In this document: one piece after another, positions 7,319 to 8,160 of the stretch
How the letters are laid out: every line of letters starts with the position of its first letter
Numbering within the stretch: position 1 is the first letter of the stretch
From: Octopus sinensis
Taxonomy: Eukaryota
Reading direction: 5' to 3'
Assembly: GCF_006345805.1 (NCBI RefSeq)
Contig: NW_021828501.1
Span: forward strand, 1 to 8,160
DNA length: 8,160 nt
Made by a program: the position numbers and the translations under genes
The notes under the pieces: model-generated
What the model was told of the DNA's origin: nothing
The model's input: only the letters and a program-made list of their open reading frames with translations
Databases searched by the model: none

Positions 7319-7351
7319 GCTGTTGTTGTTTGTGGTTGTTGTTGCTGTTGT
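7319..7351. repeat. Degenerate (GTT)n microsatellite
   Basis: Directly visible. Confidence 0.85.
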
Positions 7352-7519
7352 TTAATTTTTTGGGGTCAGACTGTATTGGAAATGCAAACATTGCTACTTA
7401 GCAGATCCACATTTCCGCAACAAATCTATTAAGTAATTTCTGTTAATCTCATATGTAATAAAACAAAAACAAAAAAGATGTTCTGTTGGATACTCCATAT
7501 TTCGTAAATCCGTGCATAT

Positions 7520-7610
7520 GAGAGAGAGAGAGAGAGGGGGGGGGCGAGAGAGGGAGCGAGAGAGAGAGAGAGAGAGGGGAGAGGAAGAGAGATGGGAAAG
7601 AAAAGGAGAA
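7520..7610. repeat. (GA)n purine-rich tract
   Basis: Directly visible. Confidence 0.93.
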
Positions 7611-7817
7611 TGGGGTATGATGTTTGAAACTGAAAGCAATGTTGATGTTCTTGCATCAACTGTTGCATACTGTAAACATATGCATATGTGTGAGTGTGTT
7701 GAGCAGGTCTTATATAGTTAAGTTATTCTGCTTTGCTATATTAAGAACAAAAATCGCAAAAACGTATGAAGTGGTCACCTCGTATCATTAGCTATTTAGA
7801 AAAAAATGCATAGAATT

Positions 7818-7911
7818 TAACCCATTAAGGGGAAAGAGGGCTTGTGTACTGCTCGTCTTATAGATAAAAACCTTGGTATCTGACGTTTAAAGAAAGAAAT
7901 ACAGTGTTCAA
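7818..7911. repeat. Diverged direct repeat, copy 1
   Basis: taaccc...gagggcttgtgtactgctcgtcttatag...aaaaccttggtatctg...gaaatacagtgttcaa aligns with 8070-8160 at offset 252. Confidence 0.88.
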
Positions 7912-7940
7912 AGAAGTGTCTTAGTCCCTTGCATTGCCTA

Positions 7941-8031
7941 CTTAAATCCTTAAATCCTTAAATCCTTAAATCCTTAAAAATGTTTTAGCCTGGAGGCCGC
8001 GGCCATGCTGGGGCACCACTGGGGCACCACT
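7941..8031 (-). mobile_element. Short 5'-truncated SINE 3' end with an 8-bp tandem tail
   Basis: Minus strand reads gtggtgccccagcatggccgcggcctccaggctaaaacatttttaagga(tttaagga)n. (cttaaatc) about x4.75 at 7941-7978; ctggggcacca duplicated at 8008 and 8019. Confidence 0.65.
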
Positions 8032-8069
8032 GTATATCATAAATCCATAATGTGTGACCTTTAATGCTC

Positions 8070-8160
8070 TAACCCTTTCAGGTTAACGAGGGCTTGTATA
8101 CTGCTCATCTGATAGCGACAAAACCTCGTTATCTGTCACAGAATGAAATACAATGTCCAA
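8070..8160. repeat. Diverged direct repeat, copy 2 (runs off the window)
   Basis: See copy 1. Confidence 0.88.

Noticed and set aside
7330-7400. Possible SINE 3' end after (GTT)n
   Set aside because: Only a ggtcag-type word matches the 3199-3379 family; too degenerate to support.
7202-7721. Four short ORFs
   Set aside because: Read through (GTT)n and (GA)n tracts with no domain evidence.

Overview
This is repeat-dominated, non-coding eukaryotic DNA. The interspersed repeats look like octopus (cephalopod) tRNA-derived SINEs, an assignment made from memory rather than a database search. No protein-coding gene, RNA gene or CRISPR array is supported, and almost every ORF in the track reads through microsatellites or SINEs. 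Layout: (1) 1-1330 microsatellites, SINE remnants and two short unique islands, one of which could be an exon; (2) 1378-3014 nine co-oriented, head-to-tail CORE-SINE-like copies grouped by 3'-tail subtype; (3) 3199-3809 further SINE fragments; (4) 3600-4500 a long CT-rich tract; (5) about 4510-7020 a decayed, hierarchically built ~85-95 bp tandem repeat with younger 155-bp and 37-bp duplications and a SINE insertion flanked by a 7-bp TSD; (6) 7818-8160 a diverged direct repeat flanking a short SINE 3' end. I see no convincing new 'system'. The SINE array and the satellite are the best candidates for follow-up.
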